Shown here one piece after another: positions 1 through 12,874 of a stretch of DNA of 64,000 bases. The stretch is from an uncultured Verrucomicrobiae bacterium (lineage in GTDB: Bacteria; Verrucomicrobiota; Verrucomicrobiia; Chthoniobacterales; Terrimicrobiaceae), in NCBI GenBank assembly GCA_963706955.1, contig CAVPOC010000003.1, positions 128,001 through 192,000 of the forward strand, given 5' to 3'. Position 1 is the first letter of the stretch. Each line of letters opens with the position of its first letter. A program made the translations under genes and the position numbers. The notes below the pieces were generated by a model. The model searched no databases and was not told the DNA's origin. It saw nothing but the letters and a program-made list of their open reading frames with translations.

Positions 1-155
1 GCACCACCAAACTGCATCGCTTGGAGGAAAACATTGGAGCACTCTCGGTCGAACTCACGCCGGACGATCTCCGGGACATCGATGAGGCGGCCTCGAAGAT
101 CACGGTGCAAGGGGCTCGCTATCCGGAAAAGCTCGAGAAGATGACGGGTCTGTGA
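1..155 (+). CDS. Aldo/keto reductase, C-terminal end (runs in from window edge)
   Basis: Frame from nt 3 reads TTKLHRLEENIGALSVELTPDDLRDIDEAASKITVQGARYPEKLEKMTGL*, matching the C-termini of the two neighbouring AKRs. Confidence 0.9.
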   Translation, partial: TTKLHRLEENIGALSVELTPDDLRDIDEAASKITVQGARYPEKLEKMTGL

Positions 156-178
156 TCTTGCGCAGGTATGGATGCAGC

Positions 179-1084
179 TTACCGCTGGCGCCGGTAGTCG
201 GTCGGAGAAAGGCCGCTCTGTTTGCGAAAGAGCTGCGCAAAGTGGCTTGGGTTTGAGTAGCCGACTTCGATGGCGATCGTAATCACGCTTTTTTTCGTTT
301 CGCGCAAGAGACGCCGCGCAGTCTCCATACGGAGTCTGATTTGATACTGAGAGGGCGGAACGCCCGTGGCGCGCTTGAAGAGGCGGTTAAAGTGGAACTC
401 ACTCATGCCGGCCCGTTCGGCCAGTCTCGCCAGGCTGAATTCCTCGGTGAGGTGGTCCCTCATCCAATCGGTAATTTGGCGTAACTTGAAGCCAGGAAGC
501 GAAGCGGTGTCGCCGCGCGCCGCTTCGGTCAGCGCCACGTAGTTCCGCGCGAGATGGACGGCGATCGCTTGAGCGATTCCTCGGACGAACAGACGGCTGG
601 CCGAAGGCCTCGTCACCTCCTCTCGCAATTTTTGCAGGAGCGGAATGAGGTGCGGATCTTCGAAGCCAGAAACGTCTCGAAGGCGAGCATGCTTGGCACT
701 GGCACCAAAGACGTCTTCTAGCGCCTTATTGAAAAGCGGCAGGCTGAGAAGAACGAGCACGACTTCAAACGGTTCAGGCGTAAGGGTTCTCCAGCGGAAA
801 TCGTAAGGCGCACCGGCAGCCGTGAGGAACAACGAACCCTTTTTCAGGCGATTACTAACCCACGGCCCGTTGTTTTCGCGCTCCTGGGCCTCAGCCTCGC
901 CGGAAGTAATCCAGACAATGAGGGGTTCCGTCACGGCCGGCATGGTGAAAATCTCAGCGACCGGTGGAAGTGAGAAGACGGAGAGCTGAACATCCCTCCA
1001 GGCCGGGCCTTTGCTGGCGGCGACTTTCTTGCCCAGGACGTATCGGTCAAGCGCTTCGACGGAAGTTGTCTCTGGAACCGGCAT
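179..1084 (-). CDS. AraC-family transcriptional regulator
   Basis: C-terminal double HTH (LARLAERAGMSEFHFNRLFK...VGYSNPSHFAQLFRK); start taken at MPVPETT. Confidence 0.92.
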   Translation of the reverse strand: MPVPETTSVEALDRYVLGKKVAASKGPAWRDVQLSVFSLPPVAEIFTMPAVTEPLIVWITSGEAEAQERENNGPWVSNRLKKGSLFLTAAGAPYDFRWRTLTPEPFEVVLVLLSLPLFNKALEDVFGASAKHARLRDVSGFEDPHLIPLLQKLREEVTRPSASRLFVRGIAQAIAVHLARNYVALTEAARGDTASLPGFKLRQITDWMRDHLTEEFSLARLAERAGMSEFHFNRLFKRATGVPPSQYQIRLRMETARRLLRETKKSVITIAIEVGYSNPSHFAQLFRKQSGLSPTDYRRQR

Positions 1085-1092
1085 GCTTTTAG

Positions 1093-2262
<1,170 letters not shown>

Positions 2263-2338
2263 CGCGTAAACCTCTTTGGCCGGAGGAGCGCTGCACCCGC
2301 ACGCAGGAACATTCAGACGACTTCAAATACGTCACTGG

Positions 2339-3662
<1,324 letters not shown>

Positions 3663-3786
3663 GAGGTGAATGCATCGTTGTTGCACGTCTGCGTTGGTTC
3701 ACGTGCAACTCTAAGGGCAATATCGCGTCTGTCACTAGCACGGGGTGCCAAAGGACTAGCAAAACACGACAGTTTGCGCCGAGGTA

Positions 3787-4842
3787 TTAGCTCCGTTTGG
3801 ATTTGCGACGCTGATTCGCGGCTCGCCATTCGGCGGGCGTTTTGCCCTCCCACGAGCGGAACGCGCGGAAGAAGGAATTCGGATCCTCGTAACCAAGGAG
3901 AAATGCTGCTTCAGTAATTTCGACTGACGCATTGCCCAGATATTGCCGGCCCAATTCATGGCGGGTTTCGTTGAGCAGTTCCCTGAAGGTGGTTCCCTCG
4001 TCGGTGATGCGGCGTTGCAGGGTGCGCTCGCTCATACCCAGCTCTTTAGCGACCATCAAGAGGAGGTCGGGCCGACTGCCGGCCAGCAAGCGTTTCAGAA
4101 CCCACTTCACCTGCTCAAGGATGCTCTCTTTCGTTCGTCGCTCCTTCAGGTCGTGTTCGAACTGGGGCGCGAGCATTTGTAGGAGTTCATCATTGTGCGT
4201 GACAAAGGGAAGCTCCAGATCGGAAGTGCGCAGAATAAGCGCATCGCGAGTGGCGCGATATTTCACCGGACAACCAAAGTATTCCTCGAAGCGATTCTCA
4301 CGTTCAACCGGCCGCGTGAGTTCGATCCGCTTGGGATTCAGCCTGGTCTTCGTGCCGCGGCGGCCAAGCTCCGTCACGAGCGCGAAAACCGCATCGATCA
4401 GTAACGCGGGCGGCGGCTCCTCCCCGGCAAAGGGCCAGAAGATCTCGACCAGAACCTCATCGCCCTTGGAGGTGATCCGAAACTCCTCGGCGCTGCAAAG
4501 CTGTTTGTAGCGCGCGAGTCTCTCTATGCATTCCCGATAAGTTCGAGCGTGCAGAGCGGCGAGGAGGGTTGGATGATACTGGTCGCTGTCGACCTGGCTC
4601 ATGAATTTCCAGCCGATCGTGGGATCCTTGGACAGATCGCGAATGGCTCGCCAAATCGAGAAGTTTTGAGCCGTGGTGACGAGGCCCTCCCCGGTGTAAA
4701 CTGTGGGCGGGAGGTTGCTTCGGCGAAGGACCGCACCCGGGGTGAGGCCGATGGACTTCAGTCCAGCCCAAAAAACGCCCGGGAGCTTGATGCGATCCTG
4801 CGCGTTGCTGCTTATACGGAAATGGTCCGTTTTAGCTTTCAT
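3787..4842 (-). CDS. AraC-family regulator (ligand-binding N-domain + HTH)
   Basis: VAKELGMSERTLQRR...AAFLLGYEDPNSFFRAFRSWEG. Confidence 0.92.
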   Translation of the reverse strand: MKAKTDHFRISSNAQDRIKLPGVFWAGLKSIGLTPGAVLRRSNLPPTVYTGEGLVTTAQNFSIWRAIRDLSKDPTIGWKFMSQVDSDQYHPTLLAALHARTYRECIERLARYKQLCSAEEFRITSKGDEVLVEIFWPFAGEEPPPALLIDAVFALVTELGRRGTKTRLNPKRIELTRPVERENRFEEYFGCPVKYRATRDALILRTSDLELPFVTHNDELLQMLAPQFEHDLKERRTKESILEQVKWVLKRLLAGSRPDLLLMVAKELGMSERTLQRRITDEGTTFRELLNETRHELGRQYLGNASVEITEAAFLLGYEDPNSFFRAFRSWEGKTPAEWRAANQRRKSKRS

Positions 4843-5166
4843 GTCTTGCTGTTTGTTGGACGTCCTAATCGTGAAACCAGCATACCGCACAAGATTGCTT
4901 CTGTAACCAGCAGAAGGCGCCAATCAACTTGCAAAAGGCGTCATAGGTAGAAAACAGTAGATTCTTAACGCAGTTCCACTGCATTCTCGGCCGCACAACT
5001 AAGGGCTACGTGAGCACATCGCACTGTGCGATAGGGGTCGAACCTGGGGTGATGCCAAATCATGGCTATTCTCCACGTTAGCCGTTCGATCAATGTCGGA
5101 AGCGAGGAGACTAGTTTATCCGCTCCCGCCTTGCGATTAGCGGAACAAACAGTTAGGTCTCTCTTG

Positions 5167-5811
5167 ATGCGGACCGGCTGTGCTCTGGACTTCAACAAAC
5201 GTTTAGCGCTTCTGGCCGGGAGTCTCGTGCTGGCGGCCGTGCTGTCCGTTGTCTCGACAGGGGCGCAGGAACCACTCAAGCCTCTCGAAAAGAAGCCTGA
5301 AGTTCCCTACATGCCCACGCACGAGAAGGTCGTCGCGGAGATGTTGAAGGTGGCCAAGGTGGGCAAGGACGACGTCCTCTACGATCTCGGATCCGGCGAC
5401 GGTCGCATCGTCATCACCGCCGCCAAGGAGTTCGGCACCCGCGGCGTCGGCGTCGATATCGATCCAGACTTAATCAGGGAGGCTCGCGAGAATGCGATTA
5501 AGGCTGGCGTGGCCGACAAGGTGACGTTTATCCAGCAGGATCTCTTCGAGACCGACATCCGCGACGCCACCGTTGTCACCCTCTATCTGCTGCCCGAGAT
5601 AAACCTGCAGCTGCGCCCCAAGCTCCTCAGCGATCTGAAGCCCGGCACCCGCGTAGTCTCTCACAACCACGACATGGGTGATTGGAAACCGCTCAAGACG
5701 TTAAGGGTGCGCATACCCCACGAGTATGTGATCTCCAAAACGCTGAACATGCGCGTGCCGCATCAGCACAAGATTTATTACTGGATTGTGCCGCCGCGCA
5801 CCGCTCCCTGA
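5167..5811 (+). CDS. Class I SAM-dependent methyltransferase with signal-peptide-like N-terminus
   Basis: VPYMPT, LYDLGSGDGRIV, GVDID, VVTLYLL, PGTRVVSH; start uncertain. Confidence 0.88.
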   Translation: MRTGCALDFNKRLALLAGSLVLAAVLSVVSTGAQEPLKPLEKKPEVPYMPTHEKVVAEMLKVAKVGKDDVLYDLGSGDGRIVITAAKEFGTRGVGVDIDPDLIREARENAIKAGVADKVTFIQQDLFETDIRDATVVTLYLLPEINLQLRPKLLSDLKPGTRVVSHNHDMGDWKPLKTLRVRIPHEYVISKTLNMRVPHQHKIYYWIVPPRTAP

Positions 5812-6307
5812 CCGGGGAACTACAGCCTCTCAGGCGTGCAGGAGGAAAGAACATGCCCGCCCTACCTAATTGGGTGCCCCGGGTTACTTGCATCGGCGCG
5901 ACAAGAACATTTTATTATCGCGACGACGACCCAACGACTGCCACCGATGACGGTGCGCGAAGGCGTAGGCCGCCGCACGTTTGGCGAGCTTTCGGGGCCT
6001 GCCAGTCCCCAAATACGGGATTTTGGAACGCGTAGTTGACACCCCACGAGTCGACGTCTTCCTAAGGCATTCCCTCTTGATTGAAGTCGGACGTTGTCAG
6101 CTCGGTCAAAGACTATCGCAAAGCATTCTCCCGCGGTCGGAGGATTTATCGCATAAAAACTTGTTGAATAGTTCCTTCCATCCTAAATTAGAAGGGTCAA
6201 TTAAACGACTTACCCCCTCCCCCTGCCCTATGAGAACACTCGTTCGAGTGAATCGTGCAGCTCCGTTCGGGCTGCTTTCAGAAACAGGAAAGGCCGTCTT
6301 GAAAAGG

Positions 6308-7252
6308 ATGGGCCTCTTTTTGCGAATCCTAGCTGTCATCACGACGTTCTTCATCCCCGTTGTTGGTTCGGCAGCAGACAAAACAATCTACTATTGGGTC
6401 TCACACGGAGCGCCGGCCGATCCGGTCTGGACCTACTTTCTGCAAGGCGCCGAGCAATGGGCGAAAGACACTGGCAATGAGGTTCGCACTTCGTTCCACA
6501 GCGGCGATGTCCCATCGCAACAGGAAGCAATTCGCGCTGCCATCTCGGCGAAGGCGAGAGGTATTGTCACCAGCACACCTGATCCAGGCAGTCTGACTAA
6601 GGTCATTGCCGATGCCCATGCGGCCGGCATTCCGGTGATCATTATGAACACTGAGGACAAGACCAGTGGTCGCGACGCCTACGTCGGCGGCGACAACGTC
6701 GCGATTGGTGCGCGTTGGGCGCAGTATCTGGTCGATCATAATTTCGTCAAAAAGGGCGATTTCGTCTGGATGCCGGTAGAAGTGCCTGGTGCGACTTACC
6801 AGGTGCTCGAAACCCAAGGGATCGATTCCGTATTTAAACCGCTCGGTATAACCTACGAAATTACTGAAGCAAAACTCGATCAGGCCGAGATCATCACGCG
6901 AATGTCGAACTATCTCACGGCCAACCGCGGCAAGATCAAGGCGATCATCGGCTTGGGGGATTTGGTGACGGGAAGTATTAAGCGGGTCTTCGATCAAGTC
7001 AAAGTCAAGCCAGGTGAAATTCCCGTGGTTGGCTGGGGTAATTCGATCGATACCGCTCAGGAAGTCTTAGATGGCTATGTCAACGCGGCGATGTGGCAGG
7101 ACCCGCAAGCGACCAGCTATCTAGCTCTTTCACTGGCGGCGATGGCGGCCAGCGGTATTCCGCCAGGATTCGATATCAGTGTCGGGACGCTGTACGAAAA
7201 GGACAAAGCCGCCAACTATCTCAAGATCATGCAGGGTGCGGGGAAAAGGTAA
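6308..7252 (+). CDS. Sugar ABC transporter substrate-binding protein
   Basis: Signal peptide, SHGAPADPVW, AYVGGDN, WQDPQ; first of three adjacent ABC genes; start approximate. Confidence 0.88.
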   Translation: MGLFLRILAVITTFFIPVVGSAADKTIYYWVSHGAPADPVWTYFLQGAEQWAKDTGNEVRTSFHSGDVPSQQEAIRAAISAKARGIVTSTPDPGSLTKVIADAHAAGIPVIIMNTEDKTSGRDAYVGGDNVAIGARWAQYLVDHNFVKKGDFVWMPVEVPGATYQVLETQGIDSVFKPLGITYEITEAKLDQAEIITRMSNYLTANRGKIKAIIGLGDLVTGSIKRVFDQVKVKPGEIPVVGWGNSIDTAQEVLDGYVNAAMWQDPQATSYLALSLAAMAASGIPPGFDISVGTLYEKDKAANYLKIMQGAGKR

Positions 7253-8239
7253 TTGGCCGCACCAATTTCGCTCCTCCAAAGGCTAGTCGCGAGGCCCGAG
7301 TTCGGACCGTTTGTCCTGCTCGTGGTCGGAATGGTCGCTTTCACCGTACGATCGCCAGCGTTTCTCTCGCTGGGCAACGTCAGCAATTTCCTGGCGTTCA
7401 CCCCTGAGCTGGGGATGATCGCCTTGGGCATGACCCTTCTGATGATCTCCGGCGAGTTCGACCTTTCCGTGGGCTCGGTGTTTGGCTTTGCGCCAATCGT
7501 GATGTGGACTTTCTACAATGCTCAAATTACCTCTCTGGAGATAGGCTTCCTGATCGCGATCGCGATTGCGGTGGTCATCGGTTTCGCCAACGGCATGTTG
7601 GTTACCCGCCTCAAGATACCGTCATTCCTGGTCACGCTGGGCATGCTGCTGGTCGTGCGCGGAACCGCCCTCTACATCACCAGCGGTTTTCCGCAGCGGA
7701 CCTGGACCGCCAAATCGCCTCTAATGACGATCCTTGTCGGCGAATTTTCCATTGGCCAACTGCGTATCCACACCTCCCTGCTCTGGTTCATCCTGTTCGC
7801 CATCATCCTGGGTTACGTCCTGACACAAACCAAAGCTGGCAATTGGATTCAGGCCGCAGGCGGCAATCCGGAAGCGGCGCGTGCACGCGGCGTACACGTC
7901 GCGCGTACCAAGGTGCTGCTATTCATCTTGACGGCAGTCATGTCTGCCTATGCCGGTATTACCAGCTCAATCCGGGTCTCAGCCGCCAATCCAAACAGCG
8001 GCACTCAATACGAGCTGGAGGTGATTGCCATGGTCGTAATCGGCGGGACGGCGCTGAGCGGAGGACGTGGAACGATTATCGGCACCGTAATCGGTGTGCT
8101 GATCCTGCGAATGATGCAAAACGGAATCATACTGATCGGCGTTCCCGGCTTGGCCTATAATATTTTCATCGGTGCGATCATCTTAGTCATGATGGCGCTG
8201 CATTCCTGGCTTGAACGCAGACATCGCGCGGGGACTTAA
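7253..8239 (+). CDS. Sugar ABC transporter permease (RbsC-like)
   Basis: GEFDLSVGS, IPSFLVTLG, GGNPEAARARG, YELEVIAMVVIGGTALSGGRG. Confidence 0.93.
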   Translation: MAAPISLLQRLVARPEFGPFVLLVVGMVAFTVRSPAFLSLGNVSNFLAFTPELGMIALGMTLLMISGEFDLSVGSVFGFAPIVMWTFYNAQITSLEIGFLIAIAIAVVIGFANGMLVTRLKIPSFLVTLGMLLVVRGTALYITSGFPQRTWTAKSPLMTILVGEFSIGQLRIHTSLLWFILFAIILGYVLTQTKAGNWIQAAGGNPEAARARGVHVARTKVLLFILTAVMSAYAGITSSIRVSAANPNSGTQYELEVIAMVVIGGTALSGGRGTIIGTVIGVLILRMMQNGIILIGVPGLAYNIFIGAIILVMMALHSWLERRHRAGT

Positions 8240-8244
8240 AACAT

Positions 8245-9000
8245 ATGTCAGACGAACTCGTGCGGATGGAGCACGTCAACAAGTTTTTCGGGCGAGTGCA
8301 GGCGCTCAACGACGTCACTCTGTCGGTCCAGCGAAATGAGATCGTCGGTCTGCTGGGCGACAACGGTGCGGGCAAATCGACACTAATAAAAATCCTCTCC
8401 GGTGCGCTCAGAGCGGACACCGGAGACATCTATATGCATGGGAAGAAGGTTGACATTCGCAGTACGAGCGATGCAATTGCTCAAGGGATCGAGACGATCT
8501 ATCAAGATTCGGCACTGGTGACGCAGCTCTCGATCGCACGCAACCTGTTTCTAGGCCGCGAACCGGTGAGAGGGCCTCGTCTTCTCGACCGGCTCGATCA
8601 GAAATCAATGAACGAGGTAGCGCGCGATTTGCTCAAGCGGGTCGGTATCACGAAAGAAATTCCGCCAACTACTCCGGTCAGTGCTTTGTCCGGTGGCGAA
8701 CGACAAGCGGTCGCTATTGCCCGGGCGATGCACTTCGACAGCGATCTGATTATTCTTGATGAGCCAACGAATAATCTCGGCGTTGACGAGACCAAGGGGG
8801 TGCTGCGCTTCGTTCGCGGCGCCCGTGATTCTGGGCATTCGTGTATCCTTATCGCCCATAATATTTACCATGTATTTCAGGTGGTTGATCGCATTATCGT
8901 GCTGCGGAGAGGCAAAACGGTCGCGGACGACATCGATCCTAAGCAGACGACGATTCAAGCGGTGGAGGGCATCATTACAGGTTTGGCGATCAGCGAGTAA
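8245..9000 (+). CDS. Sugar ABC transporter ATP-binding protein
   Basis: GDNGAGKST, LSGGERQ, IILDEPT. Confidence 0.95.
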   Translation: MSDELVRMEHVNKFFGRVQALNDVTLSVQRNEIVGLLGDNGAGKSTLIKILSGALRADTGDIYMHGKKVDIRSTSDAIAQGIETIYQDSALVTQLSIARNLFLGREPVRGPRLLDRLDQKSMNEVARDLLKRVGITKEIPPTTPVSALSGGERQAVAIARAMHFDSDLIILDEPTNNLGVDETKGVLRFVRGARDSGHSCILIAHNIYHVFQVVDRIIVLRRGKTVADDIDPKQTTIQAVEGIITGLAISE

Positions 9001-9132
9001 TCGTCTTCGCTAAGGGCGACGTTTTACCAAGCGCTCGCGGGTGGACACGGTGGTTCCCGCTGCCCTCAGCTATCTATTGCTCTCAGTGACGCGAGGCTTA
9101 GGTATCTGTCCGGGTCACATCCACATGCTAAG

Positions 9133-10077
9133 CTAACTCGCAGCAATCATCGAGACGACCATTTTCCCGCGTCCGTGACGTTGCTCGACCGTTCCACAGT
9201 AGGCGTCGGAGGCCCGCACAAACGGCACCACGGCATCGACGAAGCATTGAAGCTCACCGCTGTCCAGCAAGCGGGATATTTCCGTCAGTTCCTGCTGGTT
9301 CGGCTCGACGATGAAAAACGCCTTTTCGATGCGCTCGTCTTTGGTTCCCTCGCTATCAGCGGCAATAGTGACCATGCGGCCTGAGGGCTTAAGCAGACTC
9401 CATGAGCGTTTTAAAGTTTCTCCACCGACGGCATCGAACACGACATCGAGATCATCGGCTCTGTCTTCAAATCTATCGTTGCGGTAATCTATCATTTCGT
9501 TAGCCCCGAGCTTTGATAGAAAGTTGAAGTTTCGCCTGGAGGCGCTGGTAATCACATGCGCTCCGGCTCGTCGCGCGAGTTGAATCGCAAAGATACCCAC
9601 CGCCCCGGATCCGCCGTGGATCAGAATTCGCTCGCCTGGTTTCAGGTTCGCCCGATCGAACAGTCCCTGCCACGCCGTCAAAGCACCAATGGGGACGGTC
9701 GCCGCTTCCGGGTGACTCAATCGGGGAGGCTTTTGGGCTACTGAAGTCGAGGCGGTGGTACAATACTCGGCGGTAGCGCCATCAGCAAACCAGCCGTTCA
9801 TTCCGAAGACCTCCTGCCCGATCTGGCCCTGATCGGCATCCGGACCGGCGGCCTCGACCACGCCGGAGAATTCGTGCCCGGGAATCGCGCCGGTTCTCCT
9901 TCCCCCGTCTGGGGTATGCGTGGTCGGATACCACTGCAGCTCCGTTGGGGTCACCCCCGCCGCTTGGACGCGAATGAGAATTCCCTCACGACCGGGCTGG
10001 GGCACCGGAGCCGTGCCCGCGATCAGGGCGGGAGAATCCAAGGAATCGTTGAAACGCATGACCTTCATCGCTTTCAT
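9133..10077 (-). CDS. NADP-dependent MDR/quinone-oxidoreductase-like protein
   Basis: PGHEFSGVV, ALTAWQGL, IHGGSGAVG, GKMV. Confidence 0.9.
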   Translation of the reverse strand: MKAMKVMRFNDSLDSPALIAGTAPVPQPGREGILIRVQAAGVTPTELQWYPTTHTPDGGRRTGAIPGHEFSGVVEAAGPDADQGQIGQEVFGMNGWFADGATAEYCTTASTSVAQKPPRLSHPEAATVPIGALTAWQGLFDRANLKPGERILIHGGSGAVGIFAIQLARRAGAHVITSASRRNFNFLSKLGANEMIDYRNDRFEDRADDLDVVFDAVGGETLKRSWSLLKPSGRMVTIAADSEGTKDERIEKAFFIVEPNQQELTEISRLLDSGELQCFVDAVVPFVRASDAYCGTVEQRHGRGKMVVSMIAAS

Positions 10078-10179
10078 AGTGGATCCATTTTGCATTGAGG
10101 CTGTTTCTTGAGAGAGTGAAAACCTTTGAGCTGACGGGCGACGCTGTTGACGCGCGGGGATTTTCGACCCTGCAGAAGC

Positions 10180-11088
10180 CTACTCGCTGAGCCACTCCAA
10201 CCGGCGCGGGCTGAAAGCAAAGGTCCTCTTGGCCTTTTCGTTCGATGCGCCGTCAAGCTTTGTGCCGTAGTAAACGGCGTCCTCGCCAGCTGCCTCGCGC
10301 GCTTGTTCTTCGGTGATCCTGGGCGGCGCTGGCGCTCCCAGCCAACGGGCGAACTCCGGCAACCATCGGCTGACCGGGGAAGGATCGTCATCGACGATAT
10401 TGTAAATTCCGCTCGGCGCCGTCAGCGCCAAAACGGTGGCGACCGCCGCGTCCTCAATGTGAATCCAAGACCAGACTCCTGGTCCTTCTCCAATGATGGG
10501 CATTTCTCCACGTCGAACCTGATCGGCGACGGCCCCATCGGGGTGATACCAGGTCCTCGGGCCATAGAAAAATCCATAGCGAAGACCGACACATTCGAGT
10601 TCCCCTGCATCCTGGAGTCGTGCTTCCAACTCGGCATACATTTGAGCGCTCAGAGTAACGGCAGGGCTCGCCTCGGTCACCAGATCGTCGGACTCGCCAG
10701 CCAGTCCGGCGCGCGCCTTGAGAAAGAAGCCGCTCAGCTGTTGAATGTATCGACGCACGCCCGCTGCCTGGGCAGCGCGTAGCAGGTTGCCGCCCCCCTC
10801 GAGCCGCAGCTTCCGATCGCCGGGAATTGCCGCGGCAATTTGTGAAGGATCTTTCGGCAGCGACGTAAGCTGGTTGATGACGACATCGGCCTCTGACTGT
10901 CGCAAAGCGTCTCGCAGGGAAGATTCATCAAATGCGTCTGCAGTCACAACCGTCGCTCCCAGTTCGTTGAGCCTCTTTGCTCCGGCCTCCGAACGAGACA
11001 TCGCGGTTACGGTGTGCCCTCGACGAATCAATTCCGCGATCAGCGGTTGGCCAATTGCGCCGCTCGCTCCGGCAACAAAAATTTTCAT
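10180..11088 (-). CDS. NAD-dependent epimerase/dehydratase family protein
   Basis: MKIFVAGASGAIG, LRYGFFYGP, SWIHIEDAA. Confidence 0.9.
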   Translation of the reverse strand: MKIFVAGASGAIGQPLIAELIRRGHTVTAMSRSEAGAKRLNELGATVVTADAFDESSLRDALRQSEADVVINQLTSLPKDPSQIAAAIPGDRKLRLEGGGNLLRAAQAAGVRRYIQQLSGFFLKARAGLAGESDDLVTEASPAVTLSAQMYAELEARLQDAGELECVGLRYGFFYGPRTWYHPDGAVADQVRRGEMPIIGEGPGVWSWIHIEDAAVATVLALTAPSGIYNIVDDDPSPVSRWLPEFARWLGAPAPPRITEEQAREAAGEDAVYYGTKLDGASNEKAKRTFAFSPRRLEWLSE

Positions 11089-11612
11089 GTCTGATAATTT
11101 GGACTACGGGCTGGCGACTATTCAATGAATACTCATCGCAAAACTCCACGGCATGGATCTTGGCATCGAAAGGAATTTTCCTAACTCTCGCGGTTTTGCG
11201 GGACAACCTTGCTTGAGTAGTTGCTAGCAATCTTTGGGAGCTTGATGTTGGTAACAAGCCCTTATCGGCAATTTTTTTGGTGAAGCGTGAGACGGCTCTA
11301 CGAAACCCGTCCCGGAAACGCTTGGCTCAAAGACAAATCTAAGCGGGCAGGTTGCCAGTGAGACGCCCACTCTGCGGACCAAATTCGCATCCCAAGAGCA
11401 AACAAGCGCGAATGCCGTGCGAAAGCAGGTCGCGGGAATGCTCGTCGAGAGCCCCTTGCCTCGTCCTTTCCGCACGAGCGTCATCGGCTCGAACATCTGA
11501 CCGAAGAAATGAACACTCGTCCCGATCTGTGAACGCGGACGAGACCAAGCGGCTTCTAATCCAGGCGCGGAGCCCGAAATTCAGCAACACCACCCTGGTC
11601 GAGCGGTCACTC

Positions 11613-12773
11613 TCATCGCACCAGTCGAAAGAAGGCACGAACCTCATCGACGAATAGCTCCGGCTGTTCGAAGGCGGCGAAGTGCCCGCCCCGGTCGAGT
11701 TCGTTCCAGTAGCGAATGTCGAGGAAGCGCTTCTCCGCCCACCGTCGCGACGGGCGCTGGAGCTCCTTGGGGAAAATCGAGCAGCCGGTGGGAACGGCGA
11801 CGGTGTCGGTCGTGCGCCCGGAGATCCACTCGTTTACCTGCCTGATGCTCTCCCAATAGAGTCGCGCGGAGGAAGCGCCGGTGCGGGGTAGCCAGTAGAG
11901 CATGAGATTATCGAGCAGTTCGTCTCTGGTCAGCACACTCTCCAGATCGCCGTCGCAGTCGGTCCATGCCCAGAACTTCTCGATGATCCAGGCGCAGAGC
12001 GCGGCAGGCGAGTCCACGAGCGCGTAGCCGATGGTCTGAGGTCGGGTGGAGTGCTCCCGCGAGTAGCCGGAGTCCCATTTGTCGGATTGCTCAAGGGAAG
12101 CGAGCGCCGCGCGCTCTCGCTCGGTTAGATCGTCGAACGTCGCCGGGTCTGGCGGCGCGAGCGGCGGCATCAGGTGAATACCCGCCACGTGCTCCGGGGC
12201 TTGCTGGCCGATACTCGCGCTGACGCTGGTTCCCCAGTCGCTCCCTTGTGCGCCGTAGCGCTCGTAGCCCAACCGGTCCATTAGGACGGTCCAAGCGGCA
12301 GCGATCCGCTCGATGCCCCAGCCCGGCTGCGCCGGTTTGTCGCTAAAGCCGTAGCCTGGTAGCGACGGGCAGACGACGTGGAAGGCGTCAGCCGTCTCGC
12401 CACTGTGCGCAGTAGGGTCGGTGAGCGGCACGATGACTTTGAGGAACTCGATGATCGACCCGGGCCAGCCGTGCGTGATAACGAGTGGCAGGGCCTCTGC
12501 GTGCGGGGAGCGGATGTGCAGGAAGTGGATCCCGAGCCCGTCGATCACCGTTCGGAACTGGGGGAGCGCGTTTAGCCGCGCCTCGGTGGCGCGCCAGTCG
12601 TATTCCTCGCCCCAATACAGGCAGAGATCACGCACATAGGCGAGCGGGACGCCCTGCGACCAGTCCTCGACCGTCTCACGCTCTGGCCAACGGGTGTGTT
12701 TGAGACGCTGGCGCAGGTCGCGAAGGTCCGCCTCAGAGACCTCGATGCGAAACGGCTTCACTTCGTCAGACAT
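11613..12773 (-). CDS. Epoxide hydrolase (EHN N-terminal domain + alpha/beta hydrolase)
   Basis: PFRIEV, THGWPGS, SLPGYGFS, QGSDWG, GGHFAAFEQP. Confidence 0.95.
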   Translation of the reverse strand: MSDEVKPFRIEVSEADLRDLRQRLKHTRWPERETVEDWSQGVPLAYVRDLCLYWGEEYDWRATEARLNALPQFRTVIDGLGIHFLHIRSPHAEALPLVITHGWPGSIIEFLKVIVPLTDPTAHSGETADAFHVVCPSLPGYGFSDKPAQPGWGIERIAAAWTVLMDRLGYERYGAQGSDWGTSVSASIGQQAPEHVAGIHLMPPLAPPDPATFDDLTERERAALASLEQSDKWDSGYSREHSTRPQTIGYALVDSPAALCAWIIEKFWAWTDCDGDLESVLTRDELLDNLMLYWLPRTGASSARLYWESIRQVNEWISGRTTDTVAVPTGCSIFPKELQRPSRRWAEKRFLDIRYWNELDRGGHFAAFEQPELFVDEVRAFFRLVR

Positions 12774-12874
12774 ATGCGAAAGTTTGCGATATTTGGCCGG
12801 CAAACGAAACCCAAGCGACGAAAAAAGACCTGTTCGTCACATTCCTATCTTGAAGCGAACTCACTCGCAGCGTT

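Noticed and set aside
5853..6035. 60-aa ORF with a GGAGG RBS
   Set aside because: No recognisable motif or other support; cannot be told from chance or a remnant.
11100..11610. ORFs between the epimerase and the epoxide hydrolase
   Set aside because: Short, overlapping and motif-free; at most a degraded remnant.
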